A stretch of DNA of 15,573 nt, from NCBI GenBank assembly GCA_039680575.1, contig JBDKSP010000053.1:1-15573 (forward strand). Reading direction: 5' to 3'. Source of the DNA: Armatimonadota bacterium. Lineage in GTDB: Bacteria; Armatimonadota; UBA5829; DTLH01. A program made the position numbers and the translations under genes. Each line of letters opens with the position of its first letter. Position 1 is the stretch's first letter. The notes beneath the pieces were generated by a model. It was given only the letters and a program-made list of their open reading frames with translations, ran no database searches and was not told where the DNA came from. Below, piece after piece: positions 1 through 9,463 of the stretch.

Positions 1-121
1 CGTGCCAAAGAGAGGCGGCACGCCGTGGGCGGCTCGGGAGCCTGCACCATCCGACCGCTACATAGCGTTCAGACTCTACGGAAGACTACGTAGAATGGCG
101 CACTACATGACAATTGACCCA

Positions 122-1084
122 CTAGTAATCTACGACTGCGCGTTCGCGGTCCTGCAGTATCTTCTCGATCTGCAGGAACTCCTCTTCGGATATACCTAAG
201 TCGGATGCGGCGGCATTTTCTTCTATCTGCTCTATTCCGGTCGCTCCCGTGATACAGGAAGTGATTTCACGATGGCTGAGCACCCAGGCAAGCGCAAGCT
301 GGGACAAAGTCGCTTTCTTTGAATGAGCAACGTCGGCAAGTAACTGGAGCGCCTTAACATTAGCCGGGTTGAGCCAGCGGCGGCCTTCCTCCGTACCGTA
401 AAGCCTCGATCCGGGAGGCGCTTCACCGGACAGATACTTTTCGGAAAGCAGTCCCTGCTCCAGAGGACTCCATACAATGATACCGATACCCTCTTCTGCG
501 CAGTGGGGTATCAGCCCAAACTCTATATCCCGCTGGAACATATTGTAACGTGACTGAAGCGAAGCAAACCTCGGCAGACCGAGCGCATCAGACACATCGA
601 GCGCATCGTCCAGCTCATTGTCTCTGTAGTTCGAGCACCCGGCGTACAGGACCTTGCCCTGGATCATCAGTATATTCATAGCCTCAAGAGATTCCTCCAT
701 GGGGGTTTCTTCATCCGGCCAATGAAACTGGTAGAGATCGATATAGTCCGTCCCAAGCCTCTTCAGACTGAGGTTTACGGATTCCATGATGTGCTTTTTG
801 CTCAGACCTTCGCCATTTGGTCCTTCCCACATCCAGCCCCGGCACTTCGTCGCGACCACTACCTGCTCACGGGGTTTAGTTTTGAGCCATGATCCCAGTA
901 TTTCCTCAGCGCGGCCATGCGCATATACATCCGCTGTATCGTAGAAGTTGATTCCGAGTTCCCAGGCTCGCTCACAAATGGCATGAGCCGCATCTTCATC
1001 CAGTGTCCCGCCCGATGTCAGCCAGTTCCCGAGCGATATCTCCGAGACTTTCAGCCCGGCTTCTCCTAGTCGTCTGTAGTTCAT
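122..1084 (-). CDS. Aldo/keto reductase (Kv-beta/YajO-like), ~320 aa
   Basis: MNYRRLGEAGLKVSEISLG N-terminus, DTADVY, VVATK, SLKRLGTDYIDLYQFHWPD, WSPLEQGLL and SQLALAWVL motifs. Start moved to ATG 1084, which follows a GGAGG SD; the longer ORF would overlap the divergent promoter and gene. Confidence 0.95.
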   Translation of the reverse strand: MNYRRLGEAGLKVSEISLGNWLTSGGTLDEDAAHAICERAWELGINFYDTADVYAHGRAEEILGSWLKTKPREQVVVATKCRGWMWEGPNGEGLSKKHIMESVNLSLKRLGTDYIDLYQFHWPDEETPMEESLEAMNILMIQGKVLYAGCSNYRDNELDDALDVSDALGLPRFASLQSRYNMFQRDIEFGLIPHCAEEGIGIIVWSPLEQGLLSEKYLSGEAPPGSRLYGTEEGRRWLNPANVKALQLLADVAHSKKATLSQLALAWVLSHREITSCITGATGIEQIEENAAASDLGISEEEFLQIEKILQDRERAVVDY

Positions 1085-1190
1085 TCTGCCTCCGATCCTG
1101 CAGGCTGAGGGGTTAACCTGCTCAGGATGTATAATACCCACGAACAACCGGCAAATCACATCCTTGATATTTTCATTTTGAACTCCATTC

Positions 1191-1219
1191 TTGACGAGCT
1201 GACATGGCCATGCTAAACT
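1191..1219 (+). promoter_or_regulatory. Sigma70-type promoter for the STAS fusion operon
   Basis: TTGACG-N17-TAAACT with extended -10 TG at 1211-1212, just upstream of ATG 1236. Confidence 0.65.
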
Positions 1220-1235
1220 TAGTTGGGTATGTAGC

Positions 1236-2027
1236 ATGTTAGCACTGGCCAATTGTATTGTAACAGTTCAACCAGGCCAACCGCCGCTTGTGACGTTGAC
1301 CGGCGAAGTCAATTACGAGTCCACGGATAGCATAAAGGAAGCTATCGAAGGTCTTCTGCACGATGGCCTGACTCGCATAGCAATGGACTGCAGCTCGGTC
1401 GATTTCATAGATTCGAGCGGGATCGGCACAATCATACGCTGGGCTCAAAAGCTGAGGGCTGCAGGCGGTGAGCTTGTTTTGCGCTCCGCAACGCAGCAGA
1501 CCGTACATGCGCTTCAGATATCCGGCTTTGCCGATTTACTGAATATAGAGCATGTATATGATAGCCCGAGACCAGAGCGAAAGCCCTGTGTAAGCGGGCT
1601 TTGGCAGCAGGTCAAGTTCAGCATTCCGCTTCCGGCTGATAAGAACGGGTTGATTCGGCAGCGCGTGACCGAACTTGCAGAGTCGATGCCGTTTTCTCGA
1701 TACCAGATCGATGATATCAGGCTTGCGGTAGGAGAGGCTGTCTCGAATGCTATCAGGCATGGGTGTAATGGTGGAGAAAGCGACCGGCTTAGCGTCAATT
1801 GCACTGGTGATGAGGAGAAACTGGTAATCAGGGTCCGCTATCCTGGGGATAAGTTCGACCCGGATGCCGTTCCGATTCCCGATCCATGCAACCCACGTGA
1901 AGGCGGGATGGGCATTTATTTCATGAGAGCGTCGATGGATAGTGTCGATTACACCTTCGACGAGACCGGAACAACGGTAACAATGACTAAATATATAGGG
2001 GCAAGAATCAAAAATAATGGCAACTGA
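1236..2027 (+). CDS. Fusion of STAS anti-anti-sigma domain and RsbW/SpoIIAB-like HATPase_c domain
   Basis: N-terminal LTGEVN...VDFIDSSGIG (STAS phospho-Ser motif). C-terminal LAVGEAVSNAIRHG (N-box), EGGMGIYFM (G2 box) and GTTVTMTK. Confidence 0.9.
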   Translation: MLALANCIVTVQPGQPPLVTLTGEVNYESTDSIKEAIEGLLHDGLTRIAMDCSSVDFIDSSGIGTIIRWAQKLRAAGGELVLRSATQQTVHALQISGFADLLNIEHVYDSPRPERKPCVSGLWQQVKFSIPLPADKNGLIRQRVTELAESMPFSRYQIDDIRLAVGEAVSNAIRHGCNGGESDRLSVNCTGDEEKLVIRVRYPGDKFDPDAVPIPDPCNPREGGMGIYFMRASMDSVDYTFDETGTTVTMTKYIGARIKNNGN

Positions 2028-2619
2028 AGCTAGTTGGATAGTTAAATCAAGGTCTTTACTCCAGTGGTGGAGAGTACCGCTGATGATTCTGTTCGTAGCC
2101 GTGGGCGTTTATCTCATAAACCGAAAGACTGACTGGCTTTGGGTTGGGATGGTCGTGACATTTTTTGGAGAACTGATGCAGTTATGGGCTGCATCTCATT
2201 TAAGGAAGGATAAAGCGCTTGCAACATCCGGTCCTTACTCCTACATCAGAAATCCCATGTATTTTGGCCGGTTTTTTGTGCTGCTCGGCTTTATCATAAT
2301 GATCCAGCAGGCATGGTGGACGAACACTCAGATAATGAACATCCCTACCCTTGTGGTCGGGTATATCGTCCTCTTTGCGCTGTATGTATACAGCCGGGTT
2401 GGCCGAGAAGAAGACAGGCTGAGAGGGATATTCGGCGAGGATTACATCAATTACTGCAAGGAAGTCCGAAGGTTCTTACCCAGGCTTACTCCGTATCCAA
2501 AAGCCGCTACCCAAAGGCTGCAGTGGTCTCGGATAGTCGCCAATCACGAATATCTTAATATGGTTGCAGTGGTCTTCGTTTTCGGACTGATCGTAATCCG
2601 GCTTAATCTGAAGTTCTAA
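2017..2619 (+). CDS. ICMT/PEMT-family integral membrane methyltransferase
   Basis: Several hydrophobic segments; LATSGPYSYIRNPMYFG and REEDRLRGIFGEDYINYCKEVRRFLP motifs; overlaps the upstream stop codon. Confidence 0.88.
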   Translation: MATEASWIVKSRSLLQWWRVPLMILFVAVGVYLINRKTDWLWVGMVVTFFGELMQLWAASHLRKDKALATSGPYSYIRNPMYFGRFFVLLGFIIMIQQAWWTNTQIMNIPTLVVGYIVLFALYVYSRVGREEDRLRGIFGEDYINYCKEVRRFLPRLTPYPKAATQRLQWSRIVANHEYLNMVAVVFVFGLIVIRLNLKF

Positions 2620-2647
2620 GTAGTCTCCGTTTCTAGTAGCAGCTATG

Positions 2648-2699
2648 GTAGAGTCCGGCTCTTGCAGAGCCGATGGCCGGCACGGAGACCGGCCACTAC
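2648..2699. repeat. Inverted pair of GTAG-type REP palindromes
   Basis: GTAG (2648) + hairpin CGGCTCT-tgc-AGAGCCG, then hairpin TGGCCGG-N8-CCGGCCA + CTAC (GTAG on the minus strand). Confidence 0.65.
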
Positions 2700-2801
2700 G
2701 TCAAGCTGGCCTGCTATTAAGACAGGATGTTACTTAGTTATATAAAAGCAGCTTTCCCGCAGGTTATTTCAGCCTCTACGGGGCAATTTCGTTCCTTTAC
2801 G

Positions 2802-2829
2802 TGAACATTGCAGCAGCTTTGGTCGTCTA
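2802..2829 (+). promoter_or_regulatory. ECF sigma-type promoter candidate
   Basis: TGAAC-N17-CGTCTA; same spacing as the motifs at 12920 and 14542. Confidence 0.55.
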
Positions 2830-2919
2830 TTATTACGGGGCGCAGGCCTGCATAGGTTTTTTGTCCCAGGAGGTGAAAACTTTGGGGTTCGGGAGAAGGA
2901 ATTCCACTGTAAAACGTGG

Positions 2920-2941
2920 AAATTGTAATCGATTGCAATTT
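2920..2941. promoter_or_regulatory. LacI/CcpA(cre)-type operator candidate
   Basis: AAATTGTAATCGATTGCAATTT, a 22-bp palindrome with one mismatched pair and a central CG, 6 nt upstream of an AAGGAG SD. Confidence 0.6.
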
Positions 2942-2962
2942 GTAGCAAAGGAGCAGTGCCTG

Positions 2963-3652
2963 ATGCTGACATCTAGAAGGGTGATAAGTACCCTCTTGGT
3001 TTTCGTTCTTGTTTTTGGCGCGAGTATTTCAGCGCTCGCGGTTGAAAGGACCCTAGCTGGAATTAGACTCGGTTCCCGCGCGGAAACAGTATTAAAAAAA
3101 TATGGTAATCCCACCAGAATCACAACTCCACCGCCCGCTACCGCGGATGGGCAGCAAGGCCAGCCTGCCGGTAACTATATGCCCGGTCAGCCAGGTTCAC
3201 AGCAGGCAGGACCAATCGGCCAGTTAGGACAATATTCCAGCGGAATGATGGGCGGTTATGCTCTTCTTCCTGGCATTGATACGCCGGGTGCTACCGGAGC
3301 TACCGGGACTAACAACGGCACGCAGCAGAACCAACCCGCTGAGGGTACGGTCACTTGGACCTACGATCTGCAGAGCGGTACGACACTGGAGTTCATGATT
3401 TCCGAGAGCGGACGCATAATCCAGATAACAGTCGGCGGCGATCAGCCGTTCGCGCTTTCAAAAACATCCAAGGGCATTAAGATCGGCAGTTATTATAAGG
3501 ATGTTATCTTTAAGTACGGTTATCCTGAAAAGCAACAAACACTCGGACGTTTTCTGATAGCTAAATATACTGACAAGCACAGGTGTGTATTCATCTTTCT
3601 CGAGAAGAAACTTGTAGGTATTACCATTGCTTTCAATCCGGATGACGAGTGA
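2963..3652 (+). CDS. Secreted hypothetical protein with two GIx(L/I)GS...KYGxP repeats
   Basis: AAGGAG SD; Sec-type signal MLTSRRVISTLLVFVLVFGASISALA. Alternative in-frame TTG start at 2882 behind AGGAGGT. Confidence 0.8.
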   Translation: MLTSRRVISTLLVFVLVFGASISALAVERTLAGIRLGSRAETVLKKYGNPTRITTPPPATADGQQGQPAGNYMPGQPGSQQAGPIGQLGQYSSGMMGGYALLPGIDTPGATGATGTNNGTQQNQPAEGTVTWTYDLQSGTTLEFMISESGRIIQITVGGDQPFALSKTSKGIKIGSYYKDVIFKYGYPEKQQTLGRFLIAKYTDKHRCVFIFLEKKLVGITIAFNPDDE

Positions 3653-3723
3653 AGCTGAGCTAATATTTATACTGCCCTAATACGGCAGTATCCACAGGTT
3701 TATCATAATGAGGTGAGCTAATA

Positions 3724-5514
3724 TTGGTTTCTTCCCGCTACCCGCTGGAGGATATTCGGTCAAGATGCGATATCGTCGAGATTATATCTCCCTATGTCGC
3801 ATTGAAACGAAGCGGGAAGAACCTTAAAGGCGCTTGCCCGTTTCATTCGGAAAAGACGCCGTCATTTGTAGTCAACCGTGATACCCAGAGATGGATGTGT
3901 TTCGGATGCGGTGCAAATGGCGACGTGTTTTCTTTTTTAATGCGTATTGAGGGATTGACATTCCCCGAAGCAGTCGAGCAACTGGCTGCCAAAGTAGGTG
4001 TCGAAATAACGCACTCGGCAAATGATATACGGTCGGCAGGAGAACGTGATGTCGTATTTCACATCAACAATCTGGCGACCGTTTATTTTCGCAAGACACT
4101 CGAGCACAGTAAAGTAGCGCGGGACTATATACAAAAAAGAGGTATATCACCCGACGCTGTAGAACAATTCAAAATAGGGTTCGCTGCGCCGGAGTGGAGC
4201 ATGCTGGCGGACTATCTCAGAACCCAGAAAGTAAAGCTTGCAGACGGAGCCAAAGCAGGCTTGCTTATTGCTCGGGAATCGGGTCAGGGCTACTATGACC
4301 GGTTCCGCAACCGGCTGATATTTCCTATATTCGACATCCAGAACAGGGTAGTCGGGTTCGGCGGACGTGATCTTGGAGGCAGCGAGGCGAAGTATATCAA
4401 TTCGCCTGAGACACCGGTATTTATCAAAAACCGGACGCTCTATGCGCTGAGCTTTGCCAGGAAACCGATTATTGACCAGGGCTGTGTGATACTTGTAGAG
4501 GGCTATATGGACGCTCTCACCGCGCATGCCGCGGGATTTACGAATGTAGTCGCTACATTGGGAACCGCCCTCACTCCCGAACACGTAAACGTATTGTCTC
4601 GATATACGAAGACGGCTGTTCTGGCATTCGACTCCGATTCCGCCGGTATGTCAGCTGCGATGAGAAGCGCGCCGATGTTCGAGGAGGCGGAGTTCGAAGT
4701 CAAAGCGGCTCCATTGCCTACGGGAGAAGACCCGGACAGCTTGATCCGCCGCGGAGACAGGGCAGTATTCTCTGAGTTGGTGGAAAGCGCCATACCGGTC
4801 CCGGATTACAGACTAAAGATTATTGCTGCAAAGCATGATACCGGCACTCGTGCCGGCCAGTTGGCGCTTCTAAAGGAAGCAATACCTGTTGTTGCGGAAG
4901 TGACAAGACAGGTCGAAAGAGAACGGTTGATAGCTCTCCTTGCGCCGTATCATCCGAATTTCAGGAGCGGCACGGTACCGGCAGAGGTACATATACGGCA
5001 GGAGATCGAGGCCAGGCGAGCCCGTATTGCGACGAAATCATCGTCTTCTGAGAAAAAAAGGATACCTCCGAGGGTTAATTTGATCTCAGAAGAAGGAAAA
5101 GCTGTCAGAAAAGCAGAAAGAGAGCTTTTGGGTAATATATTATGTCATGGACTGGGCGCAGCAGATGTATTTTCCCAGATTCCACCAGACAAGTTACTGA
5201 GCGATGATGTAAAGGCCGTTGCAGCGGCCATGCAGGAAGAATTGAACGGCAGTGGAACACTTAATATAGATTCACTTGCTGCAAGACTTGCAGCAACGCC
5301 CGGAGAGCAGCTTTTAAACGAACTGCTCGTCACTGGGTCCGAAGCGTCGGGCACACCGATCGAGGACCTTATAAGTACGATTAAAATATATCATAAAAAA
5401 GAGTTGGAAAAACGCTTCAGGACCCTCGCTGAGAGATTTGAGCGAGGGGATATTAAGCGTACCGATAGCGAATTTGCAGAATATTGGCAGTTGGTACAAG
5501 AATTGCACAATTAG
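3724..5514 (+). CDS. dnaG: DNA primase
   Basis: CHC2 zinc finger CPFHSEKTPSF...CFGC, YDRFRNRLIFPI, GFGGR, KYINSPET, TOPRIM VEGYMD and FDSDSAG; GAGGTG SD with TTG start; adjacent to rpoD. Confidence 0.98.
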   Translation: MVSSRYPLEDIRSRCDIVEIISPYVALKRSGKNLKGACPFHSEKTPSFVVNRDTQRWMCFGCGANGDVFSFLMRIEGLTFPEAVEQLAAKVGVEITHSANDIRSAGERDVVFHINNLATVYFRKTLEHSKVARDYIQKRGISPDAVEQFKIGFAAPEWSMLADYLRTQKVKLADGAKAGLLIARESGQGYYDRFRNRLIFPIFDIQNRVVGFGGRDLGGSEAKYINSPETPVFIKNRTLYALSFARKPIIDQGCVILVEGYMDALTAHAAGFTNVVATLGTALTPEHVNVLSRYTKTAVLAFDSDSAGMSAAMRSAPMFEEAEFEVKAAPLPTGEDPDSLIRRGDRAVFSELVESAIPVPDYRLKIIAAKHDTGTRAGQLALLKEAIPVVAEVTRQVERERLIALLAPYHPNFRSGTVPAEVHIRQEIEARRARIATKSSSSEKKRIPPRVNLISEEGKAVRKAERELLGNILCHGLGAADVFSQIPPDKLLSDDVKAVAAAMQEELNGSGTLNIDSLAARLAATPGEQLLNELLVTGSEASGTPIEDLISTIKIYHKKELEKRFRTLAERFERGDIKRTDSEFAEYWQLVQELHN

Positions 5515-5570
5515 TGTATGAGTATTAAATATTATAATTGTAAAATTGCCTCCAAAAGTGTTGAAGGGAG

Positions 5571-6692
5571 TTGAGTTTAGTGGCTGTGGACCAGTTGAAG
5601 GGTAGCGCAGATATACAGACGCTCATAGATGAAGGAAAACGTAAGGGAGTCTTAACTTACGAAGAGATAACGGATACCCTCAGCCATCAAGAGGAACTGG
5701 ATGCGGAGCAATATGACGACCTTCTTCAGACATTCGCCGATGAGGGAATTCGAGTCGTAGAGAAAGCTAAAGAATTCCCTGCGTTGGTAGAAGGTGCCGG
5801 CGGAGCAGATGACGCTCATCATGAGGCAGAGGCTGTAGAGGACCTCTCCGCAATGGAAGGTATGCCTCTTGATGACTCTGTTCGAATGTGGCTTCGAGAG
5901 ATAGGCAAGACACCTCTTCTCACGACCGAGAAGGAGGTATCTCTTGCAAAGCGAATAGAAGCTGGTGACGAAGAAGCCAAAGCGACTCTGACCGAAGCGA
6001 ATCTTCGGTTGGTCGTAAGCATTGCCAAACGCTACAGTGGTAGAGGAATGTCCTTCCCGGACCTTATCCAGGAGGGTAATATAGGCCTTATACGAGCGGT
6101 CGAAAAGTTCGACTACCGGAAAGGTTACAAATTCAGCACGTACGCTACCTGGTGGATCAGGCAGGCTATTACACGTGCAATCGCGGACCAGGGACGCACG
6201 ATCAGAATACCTGTGCATATGGTCGAAACGATCAACAGGCTGATCAAGACCTCAGGACAGCTTTTGCAGGACCTCGGAAGAGAGCCTACGATCGAGGAAC
6301 TAGGAAGAGAGATGGGACTTCCGACCGACCGGGTGAGCGAAATCATCCGAATCGCCCCGGAACCGCTGTCACTCGAAACCCCTATCGGGGAGGAAGAGGA
6401 CAGCCACTTGGCTGACTTTATCGAGGACCAGGAAGCGATCTCCCCAGCGGAGGCTGCGTCCAATATGATCCTTCGTGAGAAGATAGAAGAGGTGCTGAAC
6501 AACCTGACGCCGAGAGAGCGTGATGTTCTGAAGATGCGCTTCGGGTTGGATGATGGATATTCGCGGACACTTGAAGAGGTCGGGCGGCATTTCAAAGTGA
6601 CGAGGGAGCGCATCAGGCAGATCGAGGCAAAGGCCTTGAAGAAGCTGCGCCATCCGAACCGAAGCAGGAAGCTGCGGGATTATCTGGAGTAG
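5571..6692 (+). CDS. rpoD: RNA polymerase primary sigma factor (SigA/RpoD, no large non-conserved region)
   Basis: [64 protein letters not shown] and [18 protein letters not shown]. True start may be GTG 5580, which has better SD spacing. Confidence 0.98.
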   Translation: MSLVAVDQLKGSADIQTLIDEGKRKGVLTYEEITDTLSHQEELDAEQYDDLLQTFADEGIRVVEKAKEFPALVEGAGGADDAHHEAEAVEDLSAMEGMPLDDSVRMWLREIGKTPLLTTEKEVSLAKRIEAGDEEAKATLTEANLRLVVSIAKRYSGRGMSFPDLIQEGNIGLIRAVEKFDYRKGYKFSTYATWWIRQAITRAIADQGRTIRIPVHMVETINRLIKTSGQLLQDLGREPTIEELGREMGLPTDRVSEIIRIAPEPLSLETPIGEEEDSHLADFIEDQEAISPAEAASNMILREKIEEVLNNLTPRERDVLKMRFGLDDGYSRTLEEVGRHFKVTRERIRQIEAKALKKLRHPNRSRKLRDYLE

Positions 6693-6718
6693 ATCATCCC
6701 CAAATAATATAAATACAT

Positions 6719-6755
6719 ACGGCCCCTCGCCCTTAAGAGCGAGAGGCCGTTTCTG
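6719..6755 (+). terminator. Intrinsic terminator after rpoD (possibly bidirectional)
   Basis: ACGGCCcCTCGC-loop-GCGAGaGGCCGT followed by TTCTGT, between convergent genes. Confidence 0.75.
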
Positions 6756-6763
6756 TATCTACT

Positions 6764-6817
6764 GAGTTTCTGGTGCAAGCGTATAATCAAAAGATGCAGC
6801 AGCATCAGGGACCGGTT
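6764..6817 (+). repeat. Degenerate direct repeat, left copy (partner at 15516-15569)
   Basis: 42 of 54 positions identical without gaps by manual alignment. Confidence 0.75.
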
Positions 6818-6853
6818 ATATGCTCGTAATACTGTTACATCATCACCTGAAAG

Positions 6854-7486
6854 CTACTTAACTGCTTCGCTTTTCTTCTTCAAGTCATCGAACAGCTTTT
6901 CGAGCCCTTCGCGTCTTTGCCCCTTCATTCCCGGAGGTCCACCCGCCGGTTGATTGAGCGGGTTGAAGTTCTTCATACCACCCGGACCACCTGCTCCACC
7001 AGACGGAGGACTGGAAGGACGTTTTCCTCCTACTGCTGCTCCTGGAGGCGGGCCGCCTTGCCGGAACTGCTTCTCTGCAGGAAGTGCGCTGATTACGGCA
7101 CGCTGTTTATCCGTTATTACGGCCTGCAATGCCTTGATAGCTTCATTTGCGCTTGTCTCATCCAGAGACTCCTTCTTACGCAAGGGCTGAACTATCACAA
7201 GGACAGCCTTTGCCTGATTCTTTGTGAGCGGCTCTTTGCCGCTCTCTTCCAGACGCCTGACGTTATTGAGCATCTTAAGCAACTGGAACGCATATTTATG
7301 CTCTTTCTGTAACTCTTCAAACCGGCCTGCACCCGAAGATCCGCTCATCATCTGCCCGCCGGAAGCTGCAGATCCATGTGGAGCGGTTGATGTAGAACTC
7401 TTTACCGTTTCGGAACTGTATGTGTACGCAAAGTATCCACCTACAAGAACAATCAACACGATAATACAAGCTAAAGCGCGTTTCAT
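6854..7486 (-). CDS. Membrane-anchored/exported helical protein with LTxxQ-like motifs and Gly/Pro-rich segments
   Basis: AAAGGA SD before MKRALACIIVLIVLVGG (TM or signal); LTKNQ and ITDKQ motifs; last gene of the efflux operon. Confidence 0.8.
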   Translation of the reverse strand: MKRALACIIVLIVLVGGYFAYTYSSETVKSSTSTAPHGSAASGGQMMSGSSGAGRFEELQKEHKYAFQLLKMLNNVRRLEESGKEPLTKNQAKAVLVIVQPLRKKESLDETSANEAIKALQAVITDKQRAVISALPAEKQFRQGGPPPGAAVGGKRPSSPPSGGAGGPGGMKNFNPLNQPAGGPPGMKGQRREGLEKLFDDLKKKSEAVK

Positions 7487-7505
7487 TGCAGTTTTTCCTT
7501 TCGTT

Positions 7506-8726
7506 TTATTCATAACGCAGCGCTTCTATAGGATCCAACTGTGATGCGGCACGAGCCGGATAATAGCCGAAGAAAACTCCTACAAACGCAGAGAAGCCGA
7601 ATGACAAGAGAATAGACCCAAGCGAAACAGTCGCTTTGAATGATGTCGAAATGCTGCTGATGATCGACGATCCGACCATTCCGAGCAGTATTCCTATCAC
7701 TCCGCCTGCCATCGAAAGCACAAGGGCTTCGACCAGAAACTGCAGTTGAATATCCCTATTTCGTGCTCCAAGAGCTTTTCTTATGCCGATTTCTCTGGTC
7801 CGCTCGGTAACGGAGACTAACATGATGTTCATAACACCTATGCCTCCGACCAGAAGCGAGACGCTCGCTATACCGCCAAGAAGCAGAGATAAGATTTTCG
7901 AGGTCTCACTGGCCATCTCCATAATCTCTGCCTGGTTACGGACGACAAAGTCGTCCTCGGCGCTGTCAGCCAGCCTGTGACGCTTACGCAGAAGCTTTGT
8001 GATCTGGCTGGTTGCCTTGTCCATCTGGGCCATAGTAACAGCCTGAGCATCGATCATGCGGATATACTGCAGACCGAACAGCCTTTGCATTGCAGTCGTG
8101 ACCGGAACCATTATCTGGTCGTCAGGATCGCCGAACCCGCCTGCAGTCCCCTTGCTGGCCAGCACACCTATCACCTGGAACCGGATACCCTTTATACTGA
8201 TCTTCTTACCGACCGGGGACATTTTCCCGAAAAGAGTCTCCGCGGTCGTCGGACCGATGACCGCGAGCGTTCTCATCGCCTTGACATCCCGCATCCTGAA
8301 GAATCTCCCCTTCTTTACGTGATAGTTGCGTATATCAAGATAATCCGGAGTAGTGCCGAGTATAGTCGTATTGGTATTGTTATTGCGAAACTCGGCCTGT
8401 GCCGATCCCGACACTTCTGGAGCTACCTTTGCAATGGCAGAGCATTTTTCGACAACAGCATCCGCATCATCAAGCGTAAGTGTATCCATGCTGCCGAAAC
8501 CGCCCCGGACCGCTCCGCTCTTGGACTGGCCTGACCTGACGATAAGCACGTTAGTGCCCATCTGCTTGATCCGGCTCATCATCTGGCTGCTCGCGCCTCC
8601 CGCAAGAGCCAGCATAGTGATAACCGCGGATACGCCGATGATAATACCAAGCATAGTGAGCGCTGAGCGCATTTTATTTGCGACCAGGCCTTCCAGCGCG
8701 ACAGATATACTCTCAAGAATGTTCAT
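7506..8726 (-). CDS. MacB/FtsX-family ABC transporter permease
   Basis: NKMRSALTMLGIIIGV, VGGIGVMNIMLVSVTERTREIGIRKALGA and YPARAASQLDPIEALRYE. Confidence 0.96.
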   Translation of the reverse strand: MNILESISVALEGLVANKMRSALTMLGIIIGVSAVITMLALAGGASSQMMSRIKQMGTNVLIVRSGQSKSGAVRGGFGSMDTLTLDDADAVVEKCSAIAKVAPEVSGSAQAEFRNNNTNTTILGTTPDYLDIRNYHVKKGRFFRMRDVKAMRTLAVIGPTTAETLFGKMSPVGKKISIKGIRFQVIGVLASKGTAGGFGDPDDQIMVPVTTAMQRLFGLQYIRMIDAQAVTMAQMDKATSQITKLLRKRHRLADSAEDDFVVRNQAEIMEMASETSKILSLLLGGIASVSLLVGGIGVMNIMLVSVTERTREIGIRKALGARNRDIQLQFLVEALVLSMAGGVIGILLGMVGSSIISSISTSFKATVSLGSILLSFGFSAFVGVFFGYYPARAASQLDPIEALRYE

Positions 8727-9451
8727 GACTCTTCCTCCACCGGCAGCTTTGCCAGTACATCCCGCGCTCCTGTCGGATGATCGACCTTCTGATCGGAGAC
8801 GATGTGTCCATCTTTAAAGCGAATTACGCGCTGTGCATGCTTCGCGATGTCTTCCTCGTGAGTGACTATTACAACAGTCTTGCCTTCGGCGTGAAGCTCC
8901 TGGAATATCACCATGATCTCTTCACTTGTCCTGGTATCCAGGTTGCCGGTAGGCTCGTCACCCAATATGATAACCGGGTTGGTGACAAAAGCACGCGCAA
9001 TAGCTACGCGCTGCTGCTGTCCGCCTGAAAGCTCGTTAGGCTTATGGTCTATCCTATCGCCGAGTCCTACACGTTCCAGTGCTGCCCTGGCCTTGGCCTC
9101 AGTGTCGGCAGCATCGGGGTCGTAGAGCATCGGAAGCATCACCTGCTTCAAGGCCGGACGCCTCGGTATCAGGTTGAATGTCTGAAAAACGAACCCGATC
9201 TTGCGATTGCGAACTGCAGCAAGCTGATCGTCGTTCATTCCGGCTACTTCCTGTTTGTCGAGAATGTACGAACCTTCGGTAGGCTTATCGAGGCATCCAA
9301 TGATATTCATGAATGTCGATTTACCGGAGCCGGACGGACCCATAATCGCCACAAACTCTCCTGGCTTGACGTCAAGCGATACTCCCTTTAGGGCGTGGAC
9401 CGCGATGTCACCCATATAGTATGTTTTATGGAGATCTTCTACGTGAATCAT
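8723..9451 (-). CDS. MacB/LolD-family ABC ATP-binding protein
   Basis: Walker [10 protein letters not shown], signature LSGGQQQR, Walker [13 protein letters not shown] and H-loop VTHE; ATGA overlap with the permease gene. Confidence 0.97.
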   Translation of the reverse strand: MIHVEDLHKTYYMGDIAVHALKGVSLDVKPGEFVAIMGPSGSGKSTFMNIIGCLDKPTEGSYILDKQEVAGMNDDQLAAVRNRKIGFVFQTFNLIPRRPALKQVMLPMLYDPDAADTEAKARAALERVGLGDRIDHKPNELSGGQQQRVAIARAFVTNPVIILGDEPTGNLDTRTSEEIMVIFQELHAEGKTVVIVTHEEDIAKHAQRVIRFKDGHIVSDQKVDHPTGARDVLAKLPVEEES

Positions 9452-9463
9452 AGTAATTCTCCC

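Noticed and set aside
2..199. 65-aa ORF and small hairpins/CTAC motifs at the window start
   Set aside because: The ORF overlaps the AKR 3' end on the opposite strand and has no recognisable motif. The hairpins may be degraded REPs but are too degenerate and truncated to call.
1229..1234. ATG-TAG start-stop in the short leader of the STAS fusion gene
   Set aside because: A six-base coincidence cannot be distinguished from chance without Ribo-seq.
1085..1252. N-terminal extension of the AKR ORF
   Set aside because: It overlaps the divergent promoter and gene; family homology and the SD begin at 1084.
5515..5570. Perfect TATAAT at 5533-5538 before rpoD
   Set aside because: A plausible internal promoter, but there is no convincing -35 at proper spacing and the gap is very AT-rich.
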